Source of the DNA: Rhizophagus irregularis | Lineage: Eukaryota | DNA: 64,000 nt | Assembly (NCBI RefSeq): GCF_026210795.1 | Contig: NC_089432.1 | Location: forward strand, 5,704,001-5,768,000 | Direction: 5' to 3' | Shown here: positions 52,924-64,000 of the stretch, in pieces | How the letters are laid out: the number at the start of each line of letters is the position of its first letter | Position numbering within the stretch: position 1 is the first letter of the stretch | Program-made: the position numbers and the translations under genes | The notes under the pieces: model-generated | What the model saw: the letters and a program-made list of their open reading frames with translations, nothing else | Database searches by the model: none | What the model was told of the DNA's origin: nothing

Positions 52924-54539
52924 TTAATTTAATAAAGGTTCAAACATTCCGCTATCTAATTCTAATAAAGCTTGAATATCTTTTTTTATGTTCACGTTAT
53001 TTTGTACGCATACCAATTTTAAGAGTTGACATATGTTACATAGTGATTTTTTTAACATGTTATTATTAACTTCAACACGCATCACTTGATACCATGATGT
53101 TGCCACTGATTTCAGTATACGACCCTTGTATTGTGGTATTCTTATGTACATAGAATATATAGTTAACAGAGATCGAACAAATAAACGTTCACATGAAAGG
53201 ATGAACATACTACATACCTGGGCCAGCATGTACTAATAACCTTTTCTAAACCTTTTGCTGCTGCATAATGTAACCCTATGATTTGCTCCTTATTTGTAAA
53301 CTCAAAGGTTACTTGCAAAGAGTCACATATAGTTTGTATTAATTCTCCTAAATATTTAACCATAACTATACCTAGTTCTTGACTTAGATTAGGGATTTGT
53401 TCTAATAATATTATACGAATTACAATTTTGTCACCCGAAAATATGAACCCCCTTACAACATTATTGGATAATATTTGTTCATATTTAATAAAACGCGCTT
53501 CAGAATTTGGTTTTTCGATTAAGGAGATTAATGAAATTATAGCAGAAAAGCTTTGACGTAATAATGAAACATGAGATTCCTCATTTTGATAAGTTAAACA
53601 TCTACTTAATGCTTCGTGAAAAACTTCACCTAATCCTGTTCGTTGTATAATGTCAGGGGTTAATTCTTTTAATAAATGGTCCAGTAAAGAGACACCTCGA
53701 GTCTTGAAATTCACATTATAATCATCAATAAGTGATAAAGTTGGAGGAATAATAAGTCCAATGGTCTTCCCAATCTCTGCGTTCTTTCAATGATATCAAC
53801 CATTTTTTTTAGACGTCAATTAATTTATTTCTCTAAATAAAATTAAAATCACTTACTTTCAGATGTAAGATGCACCACCGTAAAATATTAGATCCTTTTG
53901 CTATTTCTCCTCTCCATGATTCATTCCCAATATCAAAATCAACAGGTTGTTTTTTTAATTTTCCACTTCTCTTTTCAACATTCACAGGAGTATGCTTTAG
54001 AAATACTGGTTTTACATATTTTTCGAGTATTTCAGAGGAAAATATTTGAATCATTCGTGTAACAGTCGGAAACCGCTTTGGTTGCAAGGTAATCAACGAG
54101 TTGATTGTTGCTTAAAAAAAGTATTCCTACATTTAATATATAAAAAAAAAAAAATTTTTTTTTCGAAAAAGCAACTTTACCAATTGCACTTTTATTTAAA
54201 TCAGAATTTGTCCATGATTCTTCTCCTATAAACGTTGCACATGTTACAATTATTTGTATTATTTCTTCATCATCTAGTTTGTTATCTGTGGCATTCTGGA
54301 TTAAAGTTTGTAATTCTTTTAACGCCAATTCAGCTTGAATTTTAAATGTATTCGCTAGTCTCGATATATCAGTATCTTTAAATATTAAAAGTGCATACAT
54401 AATTTAATACAATTTATTTTAAAGATAAAAGGTAAATAACAAAGACAACACCTGTTGCATATCCATCAACAAATGATAAATAAGTTGGAACTCTTAATCT
54501 TTCAAGTAATTTAACTAGTTCACTTCTAATACTTGACAT
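52924..54539 (-). CDS. TTI2: TTT complex subunit Tti2-like
   Basis: YVKPVFLK, LRWCI, IIPPTLSLIDDY...KTRGVSLL, RTGLGEVFHEAL, CWPRI...YKGRIL. Confidence 0.82.
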
Positions 54540-54815
54540 TTTTCAATAGTTAACTATTGAGGTACCCAATTAAAAAGCCAATAAAAAAAACAAATAATAT
54601 AGCAATAAAGCAATAAAATCTGATAACTTTTTATCAGATCCGAAAGTTATCCGCTGATCCGATGATCCGACACTGATCCGTGTCATTTGAACAAATATTT
54701 TACTTTGCATTGTTTGCATTGTTTGCGATAAACTTGGGTAAGCTGTACAAAATACGACCCGAAGAAATTAATTATCGTTTACGGAAGCTTAGTCTTTGAA
54801 GGAAACTTTGCTGAA

Positions 54816-56345
54816 ATGTTTACAAAAAAAGTTGCAAAATCATTTGTACGATCTCAGACTATTTTTTCATCTGTTTTATTTATTTCTCCATCTTTTTCAC
54901 GCAGTTACGTTTCTAAAAGTAGACAACTTTCCTCTTCATTTGCTTCAATAACAACTTCTCAAACTTCGTTACCTATAACTTCACTAAAATCAAAGGAAAA
55001 TCCGCAACCACCTCCTCCGCAAATCACTTTTCAGGGCCGTAAATTACCTGATCACTTGATCAATCTCGCCTCACCTTCTGGCAAGGAACTTTTTAAACAA
55101 GCGCTTAATGAAAGTTATGCCGAGGGTTATTTTAACTTGTCTAGTTGTTTTTCACATCAGATGGAACCAGCTTATTGTGGTTTAAGTTCTTTATCAATAG
55201 TTCTTAATGCATTACAAGTCACAGGTGCTCCGGTATGGAAAGGTCCTTGGCGATGGTGGTATGATGAGCTTTTAAATTGCTGTGCTGAAATCGAAGAAGT
55301 GAAAAAATCTGGAGTTACTTTTGATCAATTTGCATGTTTAGCAAGATGTCACTGTTACACTGTTGCTAAACGCGCTAATAAAGTGTCAAAAGAAGAATTT
55401 ATTTCTGATTTAAAGGCCGTTTGTTCTCGTTCCGATATTTTTATGATAATCTCTTTTTCAAGGCAAGCCCTGCAACAAACTGGCGATGGTCACTTTTCGC
55501 CAATTGGAGCATATAATCATGAACAAAATATGGCTCTTGTATTAGATACTGCTAGGTAAAACAAATTAATTTTTTTTTTTGAAATATATTATACTTTGAA
55601 CCCATTTCTTTCCTCTTTTTTTAATAGATTCAAATATCCATCGTACTTTGCTTCTGCTGATTTATTATACGAAGCTATGCTCCCATTGGATAAGGAGACT
55701 AACTTGCCACGAGGTTATTTTCTCCTTTCTTCGTATGAACCCCAAAAACCCATTTCTCTCTGTAAATTGTCTCAAGATGCAATAGTAAACTGGACTTCTC
55801 TCGGAAAAACTTTCTGTAAGGATCTTCCTGACAGATTAATTACCGAAAGGCCGAAAACTTTAGAGGAGGCGGTAAAAGTGATTTTAAATGATCCGTTTAT
55901 TATGTCACTACATGATTCCATGCAAACTGATGTAGATAAGTCCAGTTCTGAAGGGAATCCGGAATCTGGAGAACAATACTTTAGCACTTTACTTAACGAT
56001 ATCATCATGTCTCCTTTATATTCAATTGTTAAATCAGTGTTTAAGAAGCAATCGCCGCCTCCAAATCAGTACAACGAAACTCAGATCTCCTTTGCTACCC
56101 TCTTCCTTCTTTCATTTCCCACCAATTTATTCACGAGTTTGTCTACAGAGTTAGTAATTGAATTGGAACAATATCGCGATCATACTAAAATGTCTTCTGT
56201 GTTAAAACATGAAGTGGAAAAGATAAATGAAGAAGTTACGGACTTGATTGGGAATTTTTGCTCTTGTAGTAAGACAAATGCAATACTTTCTAACGATTTG
56301 GATAGTTCTAAAGCAGATATAGTATGCTGTCAAGCTAAAAACTAA
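54816..56345 (+). CDS. Phytochelatin synthase (glutathione gamma-glutamylcysteinyltransferase), 2 exons
   Basis: QMEPAYCGL (Cys), WKGPWRWW, QTGDGHFSPIGAY (His), LVLDTARFKYP (Asp), and a Cys-containing C-terminus. Confidence 0.96.
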
Positions 56346-56531
56346 AAATAGTTTGTAAGTAAATTGTATATTAGGCCGAATCAATTAAAAAATGTTTCAG
56401 ATGTATGTAAAACTTTGTATAACTATGTGTGATATTACATAATCATATTTATAATTTAATAAATTAGCCACGTTTATACGTATATCAATTTTGAAAAATT
56501 TTTACAAACTCGACAAAATTAAACAACTGCC

Positions 56532-58313
56532 ATGTTTTACTCAATACATGACTTCGTTATAGGTTTAATTTTAATATTTTTATGTTTTACAACAGAGCAT
56601 TTCACAAAAGCTTTTTCGATTTCATGGGTTTACGAAGATTTATTAGCACATCCACAGTATAAAGTGGTCATATACGAGAACCAATCAATCCCAAATAGTA
56701 GTTTAGAAAAATTTGCGTTTGATGATGCACACACGGTAGATATTCATTTGCCATATTTTAACAAATAAAGAACTTTTTAATAAATCGTCATTTTTACAGG
56801 AAACTAGTCGAGTTCCTACACTATCACAAACAAGTTCAGAAGATAATGTAGAATCAAAGTTAACTTCAGTTATAATGCGTACAGCAACTGGACAACCATA
56901 TGTTTGTCAGATACCTTATGTTGTTAATCAAACTTCGATTGAAGAGGCACCTGAAGATAATAAAGATGTTGATCTTATGAAAAAAGGTTTAGCATCATTA
57001 GAGCCATTACAAGACAATTGTCTTTATTATGTAAGTTTGCAAATGATTCCTATTAAAAAAAGGAATTATTGTTGTATATTGAATTTCTGATTAAATTATT
57101 TAGTATCATGGATGGTGGACATACGAATACTGTCATCTAAGGTAAATGGATGTCTAATTAATTTTTTTGCTAACACCAACGAATCATAACTATTATAATT
57201 TTTTTTTAGTCATGTTAAACAATTCCATACTCAAACCATCCAACCTAATATGAAACCTATTGAGGATAAATCAGTGAATTCATATTTTTTAGGAAGATAT
57301 GATCCTCGTCATGCAACTTTACCGTCTTCTTATAAGGACAAAAAGGGTTCAAAGAGTCAACAACAGCAATTAGGGACAGATTTACAAGCTGTTGGAGGCA
57401 AAAAATACTTGGTGCAAAGATGGAGTGATGGTACAAAATGCGATCTAACAGGAAAACCCCGTAGGGTTGAAATTCAGGTACATTTATTAACTACGGAACA
57501 ATATGTGTTTAGAGGATTACTTTTTAATTAATATCAAATGAATTTAGTTCCATTGCAGTCAACAACAAAATGATATGATTGCGGTCGTTACGGAAAAGTT
57601 TACTTGCCATTATCTCGTGGTTATAAATACGCCAAAATTATGCAATGATCCGGCATTTCTTAGTAAAACTTTAAATAAAATTAATCATATTGAATGTAGG
57701 CGAGTTATTTCGGATGAAAAATTCGCACAGTATATGGATAAAGAACGAAAAAGTTTAGAAAGTGGAGAAAATGAAAAAAAAATGAGGTAGTGTCCACCTA
57801 ATTCTGATATGTAAAATGTAATGTTATGATAACCTTTTTATCATTATTAGCACAGAAAAAGATGATAATCAACATGATGATGAACAAAAAGTTGATATCC
57901 GTGATTTTTCGGGACAAGAAACTCAAACGGATAAATTGTTTGATTTTATCTCACAGGTCGCTGAAAATTTAAAGAAGCAAAAAGATGGAGTAATTGAAAG
58001 TGATAACGATGCCAGAGAAAAACCAATCCAGATTTATCTTATGGATGAAAATGGACAATTGGCAGTAGTTGATGGAAAAACGAATAATGAAAAAAACGAG
58101 CCTAGTTACACGGATTATAAAAGTGTTCTGGAAAGCTTATTAGCGCAAAATATTAAATTTCATTCTAATAAGCCTATCAAAAAGAAAAAATCAGATAATT
58201 ACCAAAGTCATCAAGCAAAATTAAGTTTAATTTATGAAATGGACTACGAAGATGAAAAAAGTGTTAATTTAGATAATAGTAAAGATGATAAAAAAAAAGA
58301 AAAAAATAATTAA
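56532..58313 (+). CDS. YOS9: OS-9/Yos9 ER lectin (MRH domain), multi-exon
   Basis: Signal peptide, VYEDLLAHPQY, CLYY-YHGWWTYEYC, VKQFH, YLVQRWSDGTKCDLTGKPR, TPKLCND. Confidence 0.92.
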
Positions 58314-58735
58314 TAATTGATAAATTTACATAAATACTAAATGAAGCTATTTAATAACGTAAACTTATGTATAATTAGTATTATTTATTTCATGGGGAAT
58401 TGAGGTTTTTTCCTTTCGGGGGAAAAACCCCTAATGTTCCCCTTCCCATGAAATAAATGGGTAATCCCCTGGAGCGTGTCACTCATTAAATATTAAAATT
58501 AAAATTAGTAATCTCCCGGCTACCTATATGAGGCCGGGAAATAAGTAAACGATCATTTATAAACTCAGCTAAATCACTCGCCAGGGGATTACCGTAATTA
58601 CGTAATTACAAAAAGTTGTATCATGTAAATCATGTGATTTATCCACAAGGCGCAGTAAAACTTTAGATACGTAAAACAAGAGATTAAAATTAAATGGTTC
58701 ATATTTTCTCGTTTTGTTTGACTTGATAAAGTTAA

Positions 58736-59798
58736 ATGTGAGTACTCTTCGCTTGCATAATTAATACCGGCTGGATACCTTACTAATAACTTATTGCCGG
58801 TCTTAACAATAGGACCAGAATAAATTCACAAGCAGGAAGTCGATCCCGTTCTCGGAGCCGTTCTCGTAGTCCACGCTCGCTTTCAGGATCGCGTTCTAGA
58901 AGTCGTTCTTATTCTTCTTATTCCTCAAGAAGCCGGTCACGATCCTACTCTAGAAGTCGATCGCGATCTTTATCGTACTCACGTAGTCGTTCCCGTTCAC
59001 CTTATTCACGCAGACGGCGTTCTTTATCTCCACTTCCTACGAAGATTATGGTCAATAAGTTGACAAAAAATGTTACGGATGCACATTTACAAGAAATATT
59101 TGGTGCATTTGGACGAATTCATCGTGTGGAAATGGCTCTTGATGATAAATGCAAGTATTATAATTTACTTTTTTTCGTACATGATTGATTTTTAACCTAA
59201 CCTTTTTTTACGATCTTTACTTATAGGGCAAACGAACAAAGGAATAGCTTATATTGATTATGAAACTAGGGCTGAAGCAGAAAGAGCTATTAGTTATATG
59301 GATGGAGTACGTATGGACTTAATTACAAAGAACAAATGCATTAATTAACATTTCTGAATCATTTATTTATTTAAATTTTTTTTTTGTATAAGGGTCAACT
59401 GGACGGCTCATTATTGTCTTGTACATTCGTGCCTCGTCGGCCGCTTTCTCCATTACCACCTAGACGCAGAGGTATTGTAATAAGTAAAAATATCGATGTA
59501 TGGTTAATAGATCTCATTTCTAGAAATATTTCTAATTTTCTTAGGTGGAAGATTTAATTCATCACCTCCACGCCGTTTTATGGCGAGTAGTTATCGCGCT
59601 CGGGGCAGATCTCCATTGCGTCGCTATTCAAGATCCAGATCAAGAACACCAATTCGTCGAAGGCGTTCATATTCATACAGTTCATATAGTTCACGGAGTA
59701 GATCAAGATCACCCTATTCCAGAAGTCGAAGTAGAAGTTACTCACCAAGAAGCCGATCGAGAAGCCGCAGTCGAAGCAGAAGCCGTAGTCGTCATTGA
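58736..59798 (+). CDS. RNPS1: RNPS1-like SR protein with a central RRM
   Basis: SR-rich N- and C-termini and RRM VNKLTKNVTDAHLQEIFGAFG...AERAISYMDGGQLDG. Introns include 58738-58812 and a GC-AG intron 59151-59226. Confidence 0.88.
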
Positions 59799-60642
59799 GA
59801 TTCTATGACTCAGACATTTATCTTCTTTTTTCTTTCTTTTTTTTCAATTACACAATATTTTTTTTTGTTTGTTTGTTCTTTTGGTTTTTTATTTGTCTAT
59901 GCTAAAAAAAAAATTTCGAAAGTTTATAACCCTTTTCTTTCCTGTTATAACCTATATACTTACTTAATACTTGATTCTAGGAACTTTGATTTACCGTGTG
60001 TATGAAAACTGGAGAATCGATGATAGATTATTTGTGTAAATGGTTACTTTCCTGCACACTATCAGAATTTCAATTTGAAAAAACGTTATGCAATTATTAA
60101 AAAATATTTTTTAATCTTTCCAGAGATTTCTGTAAAATTTCCGAGTTTTTTTTTTTAAACATTAAAGAACCAGCGCAGTTTGAATTAACTAAGAATCAAT
60201 GTAAGTTCATTTTGTTCATTTATTTGTGTAATTGATTTTAGCGGATGAATGTTACTAATTTTTGATTGATTTTGTGTAGAAATTTATTTTATTTTTTTTT
60301 TAAGATAGGAACTTAATACAGGCAATGTTTATTTTTATATATTTATTGTACTCGTGCAATAATATTTCTTTTTTTTAAAAAAAAATAAAATAAAAAAAAT
60401 AAAATAAAAAATGAAATATTTAATAATAGTTGATTTCTTTGGGATTTTATTGTTTCTAAATATATTTGTGACTTTCGAAGGATTATGCAGTTATTGTGAT
60501 AGTTTTACGTATTTAATTTCCGTATTATAAATAACTTATATAATATTAATGATTCTACATTAAAATACTTTTAAATAACTTTTGATTCGTTTCTTACTCT
60601 AATTTCGTATTGTCCGGTTAAAGATCCTTATAAAGAAAAAGT

Positions 60643-62042
60643 TCATTCTTTTAACTCTATTTCAGATGAATTATGATCTCTAAGTTCTACTATACTGTAA
60701 GCACCGCCTTTTTTATCGAATTTTTCTACATGAGCACTTTCCAATCTAAAAAAAATCCATAACCAACGTCGCATAACCTCTAAGAGTTCCATTAAAAAAA
60801 CACCACCTTCCAATTGATGTATAATATGTAAATGAGATGATAGTTTCAAAGACCACGTAAATCTAAGTAAAAAATCTATAAATATTGCTACATAATATAT
60901 AAAACTTTCATTGAAGTGCAAATTCGATCGAAGTTGTAAACCAGGTATTAAAGTGCCTGGATATGCTGGTGAAAAGAAATCTAGTTTCCAATCCATTACA
61001 ACATCCCAGTAAAAAGAATACATAGAATTAAAAGCTACTGATATTATCCTAATAATATTAAAATATATCTTTAAATTTAATCAAATTAAGAAAGAAATAT
61101 TAAACCAAATCAAAAATTATATATTTACCATAATCTAAATAAAGTGGAATGAGAAATCCATACAATTGATTGAGCTGTAAGAGCTTCATATTTATACCAT
61201 TTTTGTAATACTGAAAATAATATGACGGGAAATGCTGAAGCGTATTTAAAAGCATTAAATAAATGACGTTTGTCGTTACGATTAGATCCGATATATTCTG
61301 TCATACACTGCTTAAACCTAATAACGTATGGAATGCTTTTCAAAAGAGTGTAAAATATCAGCTATAAAATGCGTTACGTGTAAACCGAGCGTGGCATAAA
61401 TTTAATTACCTAGTAAACAAAGGAGCTATTATATAATTCCAACCTCTATTTCCTACGTAAACTTCATCACAATGTAATAAAATACGTCCTGTGGCATATA
61501 AATCGCCAAAAACTTTGGCAAAACTAGTTAAAATATCTGCCATTATTACGTCTGCAAGAGGTATATCGCTACTAAAAGAAAACACAATTCTTCGAATACA
61601 CCTATTTGAGAATAATGTTAGAAAATTAAGTATATAAAGATTTTTTAAAACAATTGGAAGCGTTAACTGACCGCAAAAATCTCATTCTTTCTTTTTTCCT
61701 ACAACAATTGAAGGGGCATATTATGATGGCAAAAACGATAACATAACAAACTAAAGGAATTGAAGTCCATTCTATTATTTCTGTTTCAACACCACCAGTT
61801 ACTTGCCAAAAGATAACTAAATTTAACCCAATCCAAGACGTAAATATGAATGCTAAATTATAAATGGCTTTATGAGAAGAAGGAGTATTATTATTTTTAT
61901 CTAAAAGATGTGGAACGTCTATAGAAAGCCAAGAAAGTATTTGCAAATTAGAACCCCATGCCCAAAGGCCTATTACGGAAATAATGAGCACACGATAAGG
62001 CAAAGGAAAAGTATTTGAAAAGTTCCACTCTATGGTGGACAT
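60643..62042 (-). CDS. ERD1: EXS-family protein (Erd1-like), 4 exons
   Basis: FPLPYR...GLWAWG, ADILTSFAKVFGD, RFKQC...HLFNAFKY, YSFYWDV, DFLLRFTWSLKLS, RRWLWIFFRLE; no SPX domain. Confidence 0.88.
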
Positions 62043-62453
62043 TTTGGTTTTTTTATTTGTTTATCGTAGAGCCATGTATTTTAATGTAGAGGCTGCCAAG
62101 AATATCATCTATTTACAACTAAATTAATTATAATGATCTAAAAATATCTCAATTTCAATTATTTCATTATTTCAATTATACTAATTTCTAAATACGATGC
62201 ATATGTATTCGTGCAACCGCCGATCTCAAACACGTACGATAATTACGAAAATTAACTTTGTAGATTAAAATATTATAAATATTATTAAAGTCATCTATGA
62301 ATTAGCAATAATCACTTTATACTTTTACAAGAATAACTGTACAACAAAAGGGAGTGTTAAATTACCCTGCAATTATTGATATTCTTAACCTACTAAGTGT
62401 GAAAAATTATAATAGTATATATCATTAAAATCTTATAATTGTCCTTATTGTTC

Positions 62454-63922
62454 TCAGTCTTCTTCGGAATCTGTTGAGTCATCATTTAATTGTGTTAATC
62501 CTAAGTTTTCTAAGCGATTTTCTTCATCAAAAGCATTGAATAAAGTCGCATCTCTCGTTCTCATTAAAGAATCGCGTCCTTCTCCCGATATTGATGATCT
62601 TAAAATCCCAGTTCCAGTTTGCATTGATCTAAGTCCATCATTTTTTGCTGTATTTAATAAATATACTCCCGCAAATATTGTAAGGAATCCACAAAATAAG
62701 CTAACAACATTCATACTCTCTGTATTAAATCCTCGAAAAAGAAGAACTGATGCGAAAATCGTTGATGTTGTAAAAAATACGTAATATATAGGATTTACTC
62801 TAACGAGAGAAAAAGAAGAAAAAGTAGATAAATTACTTAATTCCTATGTAAACTTTTTAAAACATTATGAATTATTACTTACATATTAGTTTCAAATTGA
62901 TCTAAAGCTTTGTTAAAATAATTCATTTGTATTAATATGCAAAGAGTAGATATGATGATAAACACATACGTTGATGGATGAGTTAATTGATTATTGCCTG
63001 CAAAAGTGAGCTTTAATGCAATGCCAAATCCTTTACAAGACATCACTGATATTGATCCAACTAATGAACAAATTGAAAGATACACCAAGGGATCTTTTCT
63101 GCCATATTTAGGTACAATATGATATATAGCAAAAACCGTATAACAACCGACTATTACAATATAAATTAAAAATCCTATATAGTTTTTTTTAAGAAAAAGA
63201 AAAATTTAATTAAGTTGTCCGAAAAAAAAATATATTTAATTAATTAAAAATAAAAAACAGTCGATATACCAGGTTTAAGGGCAAATTGTAAAATTTGGTC
63301 GACAGTTTTAATTTCTTTATCTTCAGGTGAGTGAAGCACTATCATGATAGATCCGATTAAACATAACCCACAACCAACTGTTCCTATTCGCCCAAGACTC
63401 TCTTTAAGAAAGAATGATGCCAAAACAGCTCTGTTATATAAAATTTTTAATTAAGATATCGATCATATGTATATGAAAGTATTCAACTTTCTACACTTAC
63501 CCAATCAAAACACTAAGAGCACCAAGAGGTGTTACAAGTATGGCAGGCGCAAAGGAGTATGCCGCAAAATTTAACAATTCTCCAAAAACCACTATTTAAT
63601 TAAAATTAATTGTTTCGTTTATATATTATTTCTATTCTTAAATATAATATAGTCAATGAACCTACTTGTTGCCATTCCTAACCACCAAATTGGGTTTTTT
63701 AAATAACTATGATCATCACCAGCGAACCCTACAGGTAAATAAAAAATTTAAAACACTTGTAGCATATAAAACAATTTTTGGAAAGAAAAATATCTTTTAA
63801 AAACTACCATGTCTATCGTTTGCATCTATTAGTCCCTTTTTTGTTATAATAAAAGACGTGCCAATCAGCAGACTGGAGGCGACGGCTAACGTCAACCCAA
63901 TGTATTTATCGTTTATGCTCAT
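62454..63922 (-). CDS. NIPA-family magnesium transporter (multi-exon)
   Basis: DKYIGLTLAVASS...IITKKGL, NFAAYSFAPAILVTPLGALSV, YLSICSLVGSISV, QMNYFNKALD. Confidence 0.95.
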
Positions 63923-64000
63923 TCGTTGACACTTATATGTGAAGTTCAAATTGCAAAAAAAAAGAACGATTTGTCTATAGACACGTCGGTTTTTTAGAAA

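Noticed and set aside
58355..58380. TAAACTTATG resembling the U12 snRNA 5' region
   Set aside because: The following AGTAAGGA branch-pairing motif and an Sm site are absent.

Overview
AT-rich, intron-containing eukaryotic DNA. Gene content, short introns and repeat families fit an arbuscular mycorrhizal fungus (Glomeromycotina, Rhizophagus-like); this assignment is inferred. The window has two compartments. (1) About 1-22 kb is a nest of transposons: hAT-like palindromic non-autonomous elements, an apparently intact 7-exon Sola3-type DDD transposase with FYR-like and SAP/LEM-like domains, a full-length but decayed RNase H-bearing LINE, a second LINE 3' fragment, and pogo/Tc1-like and CACAG (3-bp TSD) MITEs. 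(2) About 23-64 kb is a dense block of about 20 mostly housekeeping genes, many head-to-head: bestrophin, BRAT1-like, RPS13, CZIB, HEM2, PEX23-family, MIA40, SRC1/HEH, Ariadne, NBAS/SEC39, GPR89, TTI2, phytochelatin synthase, YOS9, RNPS1, ERD1 and NIPA. The most striking observation is a dyad-symmetric ~100-bp module (core GATTCGTCTC-NNN-GAGACGAATC) shared by DNA transposons with different termini and arrayed at 147-148/179-bp spacing. Also found: one strong and one probable U12-type intron, a box C/D snoRNA, and an RNPS1 start codon split by an intron.
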